Source: Bilabrum cf. latius
Lineage: Eukaryota
Direction of reading: 5' to 3'
Assembly (NCBI GenBank): GCA_965178125.1
Contig: OZ237744.1
Span: forward strand, 124,001-188,000
Length of the DNA: 64,000 bases
The notes beneath the pieces were generated by a model. The model saw nothing but the letters and a program-made list of their open reading frames with translations. It had not been told where the DNA came from and searched no databases. The first letter of the stretch is position 1; every line of letters starts with the position of its first letter. This document shows, in pieces, positions 41,811 through 55,247 of the stretch. The translations under genes and the position numbers were made by a program.

Positions 41811-43661
41811 TCATTTTCCAGCCTTAGAGCCACTTGATCCACCGTCTCGGCGGCGATTCCTCCGCTATGGGTTGCGGCGCCCTGGCTACTGCTGCCCCCG
41901 AAACGTGCTGCTCGCACCTGTGCCATCAACACCAGCAGCAGCACCATGCCCCGCTTGTTCTGACGAGTCTCCCAGACCTCCCACCTTCGATTCGGATACC
42001 CCTGCACCTGACGAAACATGTCCAGCACCAGCGACAGCTCCGCCCGCCCCCACTGACCCTGCCTCTTTAGCTGATACCGATGATGCCCCCCAACCTCCAC
42101 GAAGGCCATCCCCGCCAGCACCTTTACCTCCCCTCCCTGCCCTTGCACCCCCTGAGTCTTCAGCGCGGCCAGCTTCACCTGCACCTGCACCTGCATCTGC
42201 TGCAGGCTTGATTGCCGCCAAGCACTGCCTAGCCCCTCCGCTGTCCCGAGCAATGGGAAACATCGCCACGGGGGAGGTGCACACGGGCTACTCAAACAGT
42301 CCCTTTAGATCCACATCGAAGAAGCACATGGATGACTTGCGTTTGCCTTCTCTACCTGCATCGCCGGACCCTGAGCACCCCGAGATCTGCAGGCACTACG
42401 CCACTACCGTCTAGATGTCCACAGCCGCTTTATTGAGCAGGGCCGGGTCTTCAGCGACTGCTGGGTCAAGCCCGAACTGCTCGTGCATGCCTGCTTGCGA
42501 AGCGCCTACATCTACTGCACTGAACGGGATTCCAGCTCTCCCGCGATCCGGTTTGCGGCCCATCTTGAGGAGCGCAGAGCCGAGACCCTGCCAGTCGACA
42601 TCTCTAACCATGCAATCCTCTATGCGCTCCGTGTGTCCCTTGCTTAGCCGCACCTTCTCTCTCCCAGATGCAGCGCCACCCGATGCCCCGCCCGACGCTT
42701 TTCCATCTTGCCCCCAAAGAGCTACAGCATGGTACGTCGATTCCACGTGCCTCATGTCCTTGGCCCCTCGCGAGCACTTGCCCTAGCGAGGCAGGAACAC
42801 ACGCACGGACAGAGGGTAGATGGCTGCCGCCGCCACGAAGCAGTCTCTAGCAGCATGGTTGCCATCATCTCCACTTCCTTTGTCTCCAGGACCGTCTCGC
42901 GGCAACTCGGACACGTCAAACACGTGAGGTACCGGTGTTCCCGGCAGTGCTCGGTTGAGCGAGTTCACAGAGTACGTGCCAATGGACAGGGCCCGCTGCG
43001 ACATGCCTCCAATCGCCAGCTGGTCCACCGCCTGGCGGTTTCTAGGGCTGCCCTCGATCTCTTTCCACGAGTACACGAGTGCCTCGTCTCCGCTGTAGGT
43101 GGGCTCCTCCGGATCTCCGCGATCGCACATCGCGCTGGCAGCACCACCCGCTTTGGCTGCGCCGCCCTCCCCACCTTCACCCGAACCTGATGAGGCAGCG
43201 CCAGAGCGTGCAGCAGGTGTGCTTGCCTTCGACTCTGCTTCTCGCTGTAGTTCGGCCTGACGTCGAGTGTAGTACCGAGGCGCGAAAGCCGCCTGGTCGT
43301 TGGGCCCGTCGACCATGCACTCAATGTCCTCGACCATGGCGCCAATGCTTTCATCCTTGCCGATCTTCAAGGTCTAGTGCGACTTGGTGCAGTACTTGTT
43401 GCCGTCATTCTCCAGATATGTCCATCCATGTCCAGTGTTGCACGGCTCGCCCACCGCATCAAAAGGTGAAGGGATCGGACACACCGTGACATGTTCCATG
43501 CGATACGAATAGATGGAGCCGGTGCAGGATGCGTTTGCGATTCCTAGCAGGCAAGTCATGGCCCATACGACGCTGGAAACTCCCGCGAGCCATCCGGTAC
43601 TTCCCCACATTTGATCTCCTGGCCTGGACGCGCACACACGAGCGACGGGGAGCGAGAACAT
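41811..43661 (-). CDS. Array gene A copy 2
   Basis: In-frame paralog joined by TAGs; ends TGA. Confidence 0.6.
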
Positions 43662-43955
43662 TCGTACAACCTGAATTGCCGGCCCTTAGCAGATCTTGTT
43701 ATTTCAGTGTGCTCTTTGAACCAAACAATCTGATCCGGTATCGCCGCGCCAAGCGACGGAACCTCCCCGAAATAGAAGGTCGCAGTTGGTCGCAAAGAAG
43801 CTTGTCTAGTCGTCCAACTTGAAAGAGGGCGAACAGACGGCATCACCGCGCTGCTCTCACACCCTCTTACCGTACAGCGATTGGCTTCAATATGCATCGC
43901 TACAAATCGTGCGCCGCCATGCTAAGACTGCAGCCAATTCGGATCTCAGCGCCCA

Positions 43956-46519
43956 TCAGTCCGCAACGAACACATGTCCGGATTCCGACTACTACACCTG
44001 GGCTTGCACCAGCGAGGCACCGTCACCAGGCAGCACCCACCCCATCACATCACACTCGTCACACACACGACCCCAAAACACATCCACACCATCCGCCCCA
44101 CCATCATCACGCTCCCATGCCCCGCCGCACCACTCGCCCAACGCCCGCAATACCCCCTCCGCGACCCCTTGCAATCCACCCGAAGACACAAGCGGCACCA
44201 GACAGCGGCCTGCCGAGCCAGACCGACTGCCGCCATCATCTGTTGAAGCACCAGCTCTATCCACTGCACTCTCGTGCGATGCGCCTGACCCCCGCCCCGC
44301 CAGAGCCACGCACCCATCCCGCAGCCCACGCAGCCCACGCAACAGCCGGTCTGCCCGCTCCCCTGCCCGCGCACTCGTCACACGTGCCCTGGCTTCCGCT
44401 GCCTCGGCCCGCATCTTGTTCTGCCTGTACGTGTCCCAGTCCCACATTTTGCCCAGCTTGGGCGGCTTGTCCTTGCGCCAGAAGAACATGTCCATCCCGG
44501 CCTCGTGCAGCTCTGCAGCATGATCGTCCTCACCGCCCCTTTCGCCCGAGTCCGCTGCCCCGTCCTCGTCACCTTTCGCGCCATCCTGCATGACAGCCGC
44601 CTCATCCACATCACCATCACCACCACCATCACCATCACCATCACCACCACTCTTGCCTGCCTGCCCACCTTCACCCCCACTCAGCTCAGCCTCCAAGCCC
44701 GCATACCCAAGCCGCTTCCCGTACCGATCCAGCCACTCGTCACACCTCCCCTCTGCATGCACGCGGCACCACTCCCGACTCGCCTCGATCTGAGCCAGAC
44801 CCCCCTCGCCCCTCTCCCGCCACTCCAAGGCCTGCCCCCTCCAGTGCTCAGCCTGCTGCCGAGCATGACCCACACGCTCGCACGCCAGCTCACACGCCCG
44901 CACCTCCTCGCCAAGCCCATCCGCAGCCCGCCTTGCCCACTCCCCGATGGCCTCCCTGCATCCGCTGCCACCGACACACTGCCTCACACAGGCCTCCAAC
45001 CAGCACACACTGCCGCCCTCGCCCGCACCCTCGCCCACATGCTCCCCGCACGGCCATAGCCGGCCCAGCCTCGAGCTCTCCTGCAGCAACAGCCCCAGGC
45101 ATTCCCCATGACCCCCGCCCAGAGCCCCGAACACAGGCCCGCCCAACCACCTCCCACGCCCGCTAGACACGCGCCCCTCCCGATCCAGGCCCCCTGCCAG
45201 TCGCCCCAGCCTCAGCCGCTTGCCCAGCTCCAGGGGCCTGCCCTGGCTTGCTACCTGGAACACCATGCCCGCGTCTCTGCGCGCCTCTTGTGCCCTGCGC
45301 CACAGCAGCACACCCAGCCAGCGGGGGGCTGCATGGCGCTCCTAGTCGGCATGCGTGAATACAGGCGGCAGCAAGTCACCCGCTAGATGATGCACTTCGT
45401 AGTCACGATTATCCAAACCTGCCCACTCGACGCAGATGGGCGTGTCAGGACGCAGCCAGGGCTTGAGTGCGAGCAGGCCATCAAAGGAAGTGATGGAGTT
45501 GATCATCGTCAGTCTGAGCGCTTCTGACTGCTTCCTCTGCTTCAACGCATCGGCAAGGATTTTGCAAGCCTCCGATCTAAAGAGGCAGTCTTCCGCTTGC
45601 ACCCATCGCAGCTTGCTGGGCCTTGGCGATGCAGCGGCTCTGGCAATGGCTCTGGCGGTCTCCAGTGCTGCCCCAGTGTTGTCGATGCAGATTCGCTCTA
45701 AGGCGCTGCATTTGACTCCAGCATCGATCAGACTGGCTGCATCCCGGTCGTCGATGTCACTTCCACGAACGTTCAAATATCGAACGGACTAGCCACGCTG
45801 CAGGGCACCAGACAGCAACTGGCAGCACCGCGGTCCGAGTCCTGCGCTGTGTAACGGTATTAAGGAGACAGAGTCTGATTCGTTGTTGACGTCAAATGAG
45901 ATGATAAGCGTCTGTGCGATGAGGATGGCTCTGCGAAGAAGGAGAACGCCGCAACACCTTGTCCGTAGGTGGGAAGAGGAATTGTAGCGTTAGACATCGT
46001 AATCTGATTAACGATGCCATGTCTGGTTGTATTTGGGTGGTTGAGTCTGTAAAAGAAGCTTTCATGGAAGTCACGATGTCACGTTAACTCTCGTACACTG
46101 CTGAGCTTCTCACTGAGGGCGCAAACGGCCGGAAAGGGCAGCCTCTAGCCGTCCCTCATGTCAATGCACTCCAGTCTGCAATCGCGTCTGATTGACCTTG
46201 CAATCGCATGCACGCCGCTTCCTTTCGCACTGCCATAGAGATAGATAGCCTTTAGGCTAGTGCACGTCGAGATGGCTCCGGCCACAGCAAGGACAGTTGC
46301 AGGTTCAAACAGTTGCCGGTGTGAGTAGTCAAGCCCTGCAAGCGATGCTGATGACTTAATCATCTGGACAGAAACATCTTTGATAATTTCACTCGGGATT
46401 TTGTCTCTGAACCCAAGCTTCCAAGGCCCCTCAATCCGCGTGCATTCCTCAATGAACCGGCCGGTGCAACTCTGGTCCCATAGTACCACATACCTAGTTG
46501 GTATCATTCCACTGGCCAT
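43956..46519 (-). pseudogene. Array gene B copy 3, interrupted by a 227 nt insertion
   Basis: The insertion at 45857-46083 is absent from copies 1, 2 and 4, and its length is not a multiple of 3. Confidence 0.65.
45857..46083. mobile_element. 227 nt insertion with apparent 3-bp target-site duplication (ACG)
   Basis: The empty site is GTAACGTTAAC in copies 1 and 4; here it is GTAACG-[224 nt]-ACG-TTAAC. It shares a 31-nt exact match with 13051-13081 (inverted). Confidence 0.6.
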
Positions 46520-46706
46520 AGGAGATACTGCTCAGAATAATTTTCTATACAGATCCGGGGATCGGCTCGGTGCACTCTTCAAACTTTAATTGTGGTGCCC
46601 CAATTCAGGCCCTCGATGCAGCTTTGGCCGGTTGTCTCCGGGTCCTTCATGCACAGTCGGAATACGTTGGCACAAGTTGGAAGCAAGACACAGTCTGTAG
46701 GTCTCA

Positions 46707-48569
46707 TCATTTTCCAGCCTTAGAGCCACTTGATCCACCGTCTCGGCGGCGATTCCTCCGCTATGGGTTGCGGCGCCCTGGCTACTGCTGCCCCCGAAAC
46801 GCGCTGCTCGCACCTGTGCCATCTTTACCAGCAGCAGCACCATGCCCCGCTTGTTCTGACGAGTCTCCCAGACCTCCCACCTTCGATTCGGATACCCCTG
46901 CACCTGACGAAACATGTCCAGCACCAGCGACAGCTCCGCCCGCCCCCACTGACCCTGCCTCTTTAGCTGATACCGATGATGCCCCCCAACCTCCACGAAG
47001 GCCATCCCCGCCAGCACCTTTACCTCCCCTCCCTGCCCTTGCACCCCCTGAGTCTTCAGCGCGGCCAGCTTCACCTGCACCTGCACCTGCACCTGCATCT
47101 GCTGCAGGCTTGATTGCCGCCAAGCACTGCCTAGCCCCTCCGCTGTCCCGAGCAATGGGAAACATCGCCACGGGGGAGGTACACACGGGCTACTCAAACA
47201 GTCCCTTTAGATCCACATCGAAGAAGCACATGGATGACTTGTGTTTGCCTTCTCTACCTGCATCGCCGGACCCTGAGCAACCCGAGATCTGCAGGCACTA
47301 CGCCACTACCGTCTAGATGTCCACAGCCGCTTTATTGAGCAGGGCCGGGTCTTCAGCGACTGCTGGGTCAAGCCCGAACTGCTCGTGCATGCCTGCTTGC
47401 GAAGCGTCTACATCAACTGCACTGAACGGGATTCCAGCTCTCCCGCGATCCGGTTTGCGGCCCATCTTGAGGAGCGCAGAGCCGAGATCCTGCCAGTCGA
47501 CATCTCTAACCATGCAATCCTCTATGCGCTCCGTGTGTCCCTTGCTTAGCCGCACCTTCTCTCTCCCAGATGCAGCGCCACCCGATGCCCCGCCCGACGC
47601 TTTTCCATCTTGCCCCCAAAGAGCTACAGCATGGTACGTCGATTCCACGTGCCTCATGTCCTTGGCCCCTCGCGAGCACTTGCCCTAGCGAGGCAGGAAC
47701 ACACGCACGGACAGAGGGTAGATGGCTGCCGCCGCCACGAAGCAGTCTCTAGCAGCATGGTTGCCATCATCTCCACTTCCTTTGTCTCCAGGACCGTCTC
47801 GCGGCAACTCGGACACGTCAAACACGCGAGGTACCGGTGTTCCCGGCAGTGCTCGGTTGAGCGAGTTCACAGAGTACGTGCCAATGGACAGGGCCCGCTG
47901 CGACATGCCTCCAATCGCCAGCTGGTCCACCGCCTGGCGGTTTCTAGGGCTGCCCTCGATCTCTTTCCACGAGTACACGAGTGCCTCGTCTCCGCTGTAG
48001 GTGGGCTCCTCCGGATCTTTGCGATCGCACATCGCGCTGGCAGCACCACCCGCTTTGGCTGCGCCGCCCTCCCCACCTTCACCCGAACCTGATGAGGCAG
48101 CGCCAGAGCGTGCAGCAGGTGTGCTTGCCTTCGACTCTGCTTCTCGCTGTAGTTCGGCCTGAAGTCGAGTGTAGTACCGAGGCGCGGAAGCCGCCTGGTC
48201 GTTGGGCCCGTCGACCATGCACTCAATGTCCTCGACCATGGCGCCAATGCTTTCATCCTTGCCGATCTTCAAGGTCTAGTGCGACTTGGTGCAGTACTTG
48301 TTGCCGTCATTCTCCAGATATGTCCATCCATGTCCAGTGTTGCACGGCTCGCCCACCGCATCAAAAGGTGAAGGGATCGGACACACCGTGACATGTTCCA
48401 TGCGATACGAATAGATGGAGCCGGTGCAGGATGCGTTTGCGATTCCTAGCAGGCAAGTCATGGCCCATCCGGATACGACGCTGGAAACTCCCGCGAGCCA
48501 TCCGGTACTTCCCCACATTTGATCTCCTGGCCTGGACGCGCACACACGAGCGACGGGGAGCGAGAACAT
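46707..48569 (-). CDS. Array gene A copy 3
   Basis: In-frame paralog joined by TAGs; ends TGA. Confidence 0.6.
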
Positions 48570-48863
48570 TCGTACAATCTGAATTGCCGGCCCTTAGCAG
48601 ATCTTGTTATTTCAGTGTGCTCTTTGAACCAAACAATCTGATCCGGTATCGCCGCGCCAAGCGACGGAACCTCCCCGAAATAGAAGGTCGCAGTTGGTCG
48701 CACAGAAGCTTGTCTAGTCGTCCAACTTGAAAGAGGGCGAACAGACGGCATCACCGCGCTGCTCTCACACCCTCTTACCGTACAGCGATTGGCTTCAATA
48801 TGCATCGCTACAAATCGTGCGCCGCCATGCTAAGACTGCAGCCAATTCGGATCTCAGCGCCCA

Positions 48864-51206
48864 TCAGTCCGCAACGAACACATGTCCGGATTCCGACTAC
48901 TACACCTGGGCTTGCACCAGCGAGGCACCGTCACCAGGCAGCACCCACCCCATCACATCACACTCGTCACACACACGACCCCAAAACACATCCACACCAT
49001 CCGCCCCACCATCATCACGCTCCCATGCCCCGCCGCACCACTCGCCCAACGCCCGCAATACCCCCTCCGCGACCCCTTGCAATCCACCCGAAGACACAAG
49101 CGGCACCAGACAGCGGCCTGCCGAGCCAGACCGACTGCCGCCATCATCTGTTGAAGCACCAGCTCTATCCACTGCACTCTCGTGCGATGCGCCTGACCCC
49201 CGCCCCGCCAGAGCCACGCACCCATCCCGCAGCCCACGCAGCCCACGCAACAGCCGGTCTGCCCGCTCCCCTGCCCGCGCACTCGTCACACGTGCCCTGG
49301 CTTCCGCTGCCTCGGCCCGCATCTTGTTCTGCCTGTACGTGTCCCAGTCCCACATGTTGCCCAGCTTGGGCGGCTTGTCCTTGCGCCAGAAGAACATGTC
49401 CATCCCGGCCTCGTGCAGCTCTGCAGCATGATCGTCCTCACCGCCCCTTTCGCCCAAGTCCGCTGCCCCGTCCTCCTCACCTTTCGCGCCATTCTGCATG
49501 ACAACTGCCTCATCCACATCCACATCACCATCACCATCACCATCACCATCACCATCACCACCACTCTTGCCTGCCTGCCCACCTTCACCCCCACTCAGCT
49601 CAGCCTCCAAGCCCGCATACCCAAGCCGCTTCCCGTACCGATCCAGCCACTCGTCACACCTCCCCTCTGCATGCACGCGCCACCACTCCCGACTCGCCTC
49701 GATCTGAGCCAGACCCCCCTCGCCCCTCTCCCGCCACTCCAAGGCCTGCCCCCTCCAGTGCTCAGCCTGCTGCCGAGCATGACCCACACGCTCGCACGCC
49801 AGCTCACACGCCCGCACCTCCTCGCCAAGCCCATCCGCAGCCCGCCTCGCCCACTCCCCGATGGCCTCCCTGCATCCGCTGCCACCGATACACTGCCTCA
49901 CACACGCCTCCAACCAGCACACACTGCCGCCCTCGCCCGCACCCTCGCCCACATGCTCCCCGCACGGCCACAACCAGCCCAGCCTCGAGCTCTCCTTCAG
50001 CAACAGCCCCAGGCACTCCCCATGACCCCCGCCCAGAGCCCCGAACACAGGCCCGCCCAACCACCTCCCACGCCCGCTAGGCACGCGCCCCTCCCGATCC
50101 AGGCCCCCTGCCAGTCGCCCCAGCCTCAGCCGCTTGCCCAGCTCCAGGGGCCTGCCCTGGCTTGCTGCCTGGAACACCATGCCCGCGTCTCTGCGCGCCT
50201 CTTGTGCCCTGCGCCACAGCAGCACACCCAGCCAGCGGGGGGCTGCATGGCGCTCCTAGTCGGCATGCGTGAATACAGGCGGCAGCAAGTCACCCGCTAG
50301 ATGATGCACTTCGTAGTCACGATTATCCAAACCTGCCCACTCGACGCAGATGGGCGTGTCAGGACGCAGCCAGGGCTTGAGTGCGAGCAGGCCATCAAAG
50401 GAAGTGATGGAGTTGATCATCGTCAGTCTGAGCGCTTCTGACTGCTTCCTCTGCTTCAACGCATCGGCAAGGATTTTGCAAGCCTCCGATCCAAAGAGGC
50501 AGTCTTCCACTTGCACCCATCGCAGCTTGCTGGGCCTTGGCAATGCAGCGGCTCTGGCAATGGCTCTGGCGGTCTCCAGTGCTGCCCCAGTGCTGTCGAT
50601 GCAGATTCGCTCCAAGGCGCTGCATTTGATTCCTGCATCGATCAGACTGGCTGCATCCCGGTCGTCGATGTCACTTCCACGAACGTCCAAGCATCGAACG
50701 GACTAGCCACGCTGCAGGGCACCAGACAGCAACTGGCAGCACCGCGGTCCGAGTCCTGCGCTGTGTAACGTTAACTCTCGTACACTGCTGAGCTTCTCAC
50801 TGAGGGCGCAAACGGCCGGAAAGGGCAGCCTCTAGCCGCCCCTCATGTCAATGCACTCCAGTCTGCAGTCACGTCTGATTGACCTTGCAATCGCATGCAC
50901 GCCGCTTCCTTTCGCACTGCCATCGAGATAGATAGCCTTTAGGCTAGTACACGTCGAGATGGCTCCGGCCACAGCAAGGACAGTGGCAGGTTCAAACAGT
51001 TGCCGGTGTGAGTAGTCAAGACCTGTAATCGACCTCGATGATGTAAGAATAGAAACTGATACTTCCCGAATAATGTCGGCCGGGATTTTGTCTCTGAATC
51101 CAAGCATCCAAGGCCCCTCAATCTGCGTGCATTCCTCTTTGAACCGGCCGGTGCAACTCTGGTCCCATAGTTTCACAAACCTAGTTGGTATCATTCCACT
51201 AGCCAT
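48864..51206 (-). CDS. Array gene B copy 4 (LRR protein)
   Basis: Same structure as copy 2. Confidence 0.7.
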
Positions 51207-51393
51207 AGGAGATACTGCCCAGAATAGTTTTCTACACAGATCCGGGGATCGGCTCGGTGCACTCTTCAAACTTTAATTGTGGTGCCCCAATTCAGGCCCT
51301 CGATGCAAGTTTGGCCGTTTGTCTCCGGGTCCTTCATGCACAGTCGGAATACGTTGGCACAAGTTGGAAGCAAGACACAGTCTGTTGGTCTCA

Positions 51394-51973
51394 TCATTTC
51401 CCAGCCTAAGAACCACTTGATCCACCGTCTCGGCGGCGATTCCTCCGCTATGGGTTGCGGCGCCCTGGCTACTGCTGCCCCCGAAACGTGCTGCTCGCAC
51501 CTGTGCCATCAACACCAGCAGCAGCACCATGGCCCGCTTGTTCTGACGAGTCTCCCAGACCCCCCACCTTCAATTCGGACACCCCTGCACCTGACGAAAC
51601 ATGTCCAGCACCAGCGACAGCTCCGCCCGCCCCCACTGACCCTGCCTCCCCTGACCCTGCCTCTTCAGCTGATACCGATGCCGATGATGCCTCCCTGCCT
51701 CCACCAAGGCCATCCCCGCCACCACCTTCACCTCCCCTCCCTTCCCTTGCACCTCCTGAGTCTTCAGCGCGGCCAGCTTCACCTGCACCTGCGCCTGCAT
51801 CTGCTGCAGGCCTGATTGCCGCCAAGCACTGCCTAGCCCCTCCGCTGTCCCGAGCAATGGGGAACATCGCCACGGGGGAGGTACACACGGGCTACTCAAA
51901 CAGTCCCTTTAGATCCACATCGAAGAAGCACATGGATGACTTGTGTTTGCCTTCTCTATCTACATCGCCAGAC
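51394..51973 (-). pseudogene. 5'-truncated remnant of array gene A
   Basis: Similarity to gene A stops at ~51973, next to the B9D1 3' end. Confidence 0.7.
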
Positions 51974-52097
51974 ACTGTTCGTGCAGTGCCCTGCAGTTGC
52001 AGCGAGGCTCTACAGCATGGCTTCCAGTACCAGGTTCAATGCGCAGAAACACATGCTGACTACGACAGAAAGGCAACAGAACGTGACTGGCCAGCAC

Positions 52098-53863
52098 TCA
52101 TGGCCGGTCGATGGGGGGCAGCCGGCCGCCACTCCCCCCGCTCCCAGTTTGACCACCCCCCATCGCACCGGCCAGACCCCCCGTCCTCTGCCTGCGGCGC
52201 GAGGCCTTGCCCTCCCTCCGACCGCGGCCACCCCTAGAACCCCCAGAGGCCATGGAGGCCCCGTCCCCCCCGCCGCGCGCGTCACCGCCAGCGGAGGCGA
52301 GTGCGGCCGCTGCGCCCGACCCCCCACTCGCGCGCACTGGCTCCACTGCCTCTATCCTAGGACGGTCCCGGCTGTCCCGCACATCCCGGTCGCGATCTGT
52401 TCCCCGGGCGGAGTCCACCCTTTCTCGCTCCGAGTAGGTCGGCGAATCCGCCCTCCGCGGGGCCGGCACATCCCTGTCCCTGTCCTTGTCCAAGTCACCG
52501 CGGCGCCTGTCTCGCTCGGACCGACCCACACTCTCCCTGTCGTCGCCAGGCCTGCTTCCGGCGCCGCCCTTGCCAGCGTCCCTTTCTCGCTCCGAGTCCC
52601 GTCCCCTGTCCCGCTCCCTGCTGCGACTCCTGCTCTGCGACCTTCTGGCTCCGGGTGATTGGATCGCGTCGATCCTGCGGACGGAGCGCCGGTACGAGCC
52701 CAGGCCCGCCACGCCGTCCTGGGTCGCAGTGGGCGTGCGAGCGGCGAAGCCCACGCGGCCCCCCGCCAGCTTCATCAGCCCGCTCGGCGTCCGGCTGCCC
52801 ATCGGAGTTGCACTACCACCCCCTGCACCCGAGGGGTCATCAAACGCGCCAGACCTCCGCAGCGGGGACTCCGCACCCCCCACTCCCGGTCCCACAAACG
52901 ATGAAGATGAAGACCGAACAACGGTCGCCCCGGCGCCTGTGCCAGCCATGGACCCCGGAAGCACGGCCTGCGCTGCCGCGGCCCCCGACGGAGCCACATC
53001 AGTGGGAGCGGAATCAACCTCCGCCCCGTTGGAGAAACCGCAGGCGGACATGCCCCTGGTTGTGACGTTGATTCTGATCGAAATGCTGCCTGTGCTTTCG
53101 ACTCTGGTGACTGCGAGCGGAGCAAACTTTTTAAAAGTGAATTAGGACCATCGGGGGATGGGGCTCTTGCACAGGCAGAAGCGACTGCAGCTGCGCGCGA
53201 GATGGTTGGAGGACTCACCTTCCCGCCCTCGATTCTATGCCACAATTTTGTGGTCCCAGAATTCGGGGTGGTTGCCGGTCAGCCATGCGAACGCTTGCTG
53301 CAGCACCGTCGGGGACACTGGCCGAAACAAACGCACCGTCCGGACGTACGTTCCGGGTACTGTGGGTACCATTAACGATCCATATCCAACAAGGACATCT
53401 CTAGCAAACATGTCGATTGATGCCACAGTGATAACCAGTCGTGGCCATCCGAACACGTTTGTAGTCTTGTATATAATATCAAGAGGCAAGTTCCACACAA
53501 TTCCACCAGAGCCACCCCCCACACCCTTCTTGCTTATCTATGTGACCCCGCTATCTAGGCCCTGCGCAGTGCATGGATGGCAAACGAGCCAGTATAAATT
53601 CAAGTGCAACCGCGTCCATCCAACACGTATTTTTAGTCACAACTGGACTTGATGGAAGGCCCAAGAGGACTCACATCGATTTTGACCCAATCTGGACCTT
53701 TTGTGAAGCAAAAATCGGCATAAACATTGTCATATCCAGGAACTTGGGCTTGTTCAATTTGCCCAGTTACGACCACATAGAAACTCGAGGCTCCTTTTGC
53801 CTCTGCTGCCTTCTTCGGGACGATCCGCCCCGATCGAGCTTTATCAATTCGTCCAGTCGACAT
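52098..53863 (-). CDS. B9D1: B9 domain-containing protein 1 (ciliary transition zone, MKS module) with a long low-complexity C-terminal extension
   Basis: Exons 53863-53675, 53561-53219 and 53110-52098 (GTGAGT..CAG introns of 113 and 108 nt). Motifs VTGQIEQA, GPDW, GLDSGVT*IS, VWNLPLD..TNVFGWP, GYGS, HPEFWDHKIVA*NRGREVTRV; ends TGA. Confidence 0.93.
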
Positions 53864-54218
53864 TGTTTTTAAGAACTGCGAAGAAATCAGGAATGCTTTG
53901 ACTCGTAAACTGTCCCTCAAATTCCAACCGAAACTCTGCAAAACCAGAATTCAGCATTAGTATACTGTATAAACTACAATAGGATCGGATCACCACAAAC
54001 CATCCAGCAAACGTATATCTAGGGATTGAAGGTGAGGAACCCATCACCAGAGATTTGATTTCCATAATCATATTGCTTGCTTGTTTGTCTGACTGTTGTG
54101 ACCGTGTGAATGCGCCGAATTTTCTAGTAGGCATAACTGGTGGCTTTGCTGAGGACATGCATCGGCGATTCCTTAATGCGTTGGCCATAACTTACTATTT
54201 CTTCCGTACCGCAGAGTT

Positions 54219-55247
54219 ATGGTAAGATCATTAGAACCACTATATACTGATGCATTACCGAGGGGGTAGGCCAGCCGCGAACGATGAGCAAGGTAGAGTT
54301 TGCCGCAAGCCTGCTCTCTGCACCAGCTTGTGGCGGCTCGGTCCGGCGTGCCCCGATGCATGCAACAGATCAAACTATGACCGTTTAAAAAATGTGCATG
54401 TCTCCATCTCTTTGACGCCTCGTTCTGCTTTGGTCTTTGTCACTCGCAGCCGCGCGGACCGCGGAAGCACTTGAAGCGCCTCAATGCGCCCAGCGCATGG
54501 ATGCTGGACAAAATGGGCGGCGTGTGGGCCCCCAAGTGCTCGGCTGGACCCCACAAGGTGTCTGAGTCCATGCCTCTGGTGCTGGTGCTGCGAAACCGCC
54601 TCAAGTACGCGCTCACCCGCCAGGAGACCATCAAGGTCTGCATGAACAAGTCTGTGCGCGTGGACGGCAAGGTGCGCACCGATATCAACTTCCCCTGCGG
54701 CTTCCAGGATGTTGTTTCCGTGCCAGCGGCCGATGAGTCCTACCGCGTCATGTACGACGCGAAGGGCCGCTTCGTGCTGCACAAGGTCAAGGCCGACGAG
54801 AAGGACATCAAGCTGTGCAAGGTGGTGCGCCAGGCGTACACCACCAAGCGCATCCCTTTCATCGTGACCCACGACGGGCGCACCATCCGGTACCCCCACC
54901 CCGACATCAAGGTCAACGACAGCGTGGTGCTCAACACCAAGACCAACAAGATCGAGCAGATCGTCAAGTTCGACATCGGCAACTCGGTCATGATCGTGAA
55001 GGGAGGCAACACCGGCCGTGTCGGCGTGATCGTGGGCCGCGACAGGCACCCCGGTTCCTTCGACATCGTGCACGTGCGCGACGCGTCCGGCGTGCGCTTC
55101 GCCACCCGCATGAACAACGTGTTCATGATTGGCACCGCCGACGAGGAGGGCAAGCCCGTGAGCGTTGTGACCCTGCCCCGCGGCAAGGGCGTCAAGAAGA
55201 GCATCATGCAGGAGCGCGAGAGGCGCCTGGCCATCGGCGGCCACTAA
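54219..55247 (+). CDS. RPS4: 40S ribosomal protein S4 (eS4)
   Basis: ATG|GTAAGA exon 1 at 54219-54221, intron 54222-54449, then PRGPRKHLKRLNAP..RNRLKYALT..THDGRTIRYP..FATRMNNVF..LPRGKG; TAA at the expected C-terminus. Confidence 0.98.

Larger units (their letters stand above)
34560..51975 (-). repeat. Left arm of the tandem array: ~3.7 units of ~4.7-4.9 kb, each gene A plus gene B
   Basis: Gene B starts recur at 36893, 41624, 46519 and 51206; sequence is near-identical between units. Confidence 0.95.
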
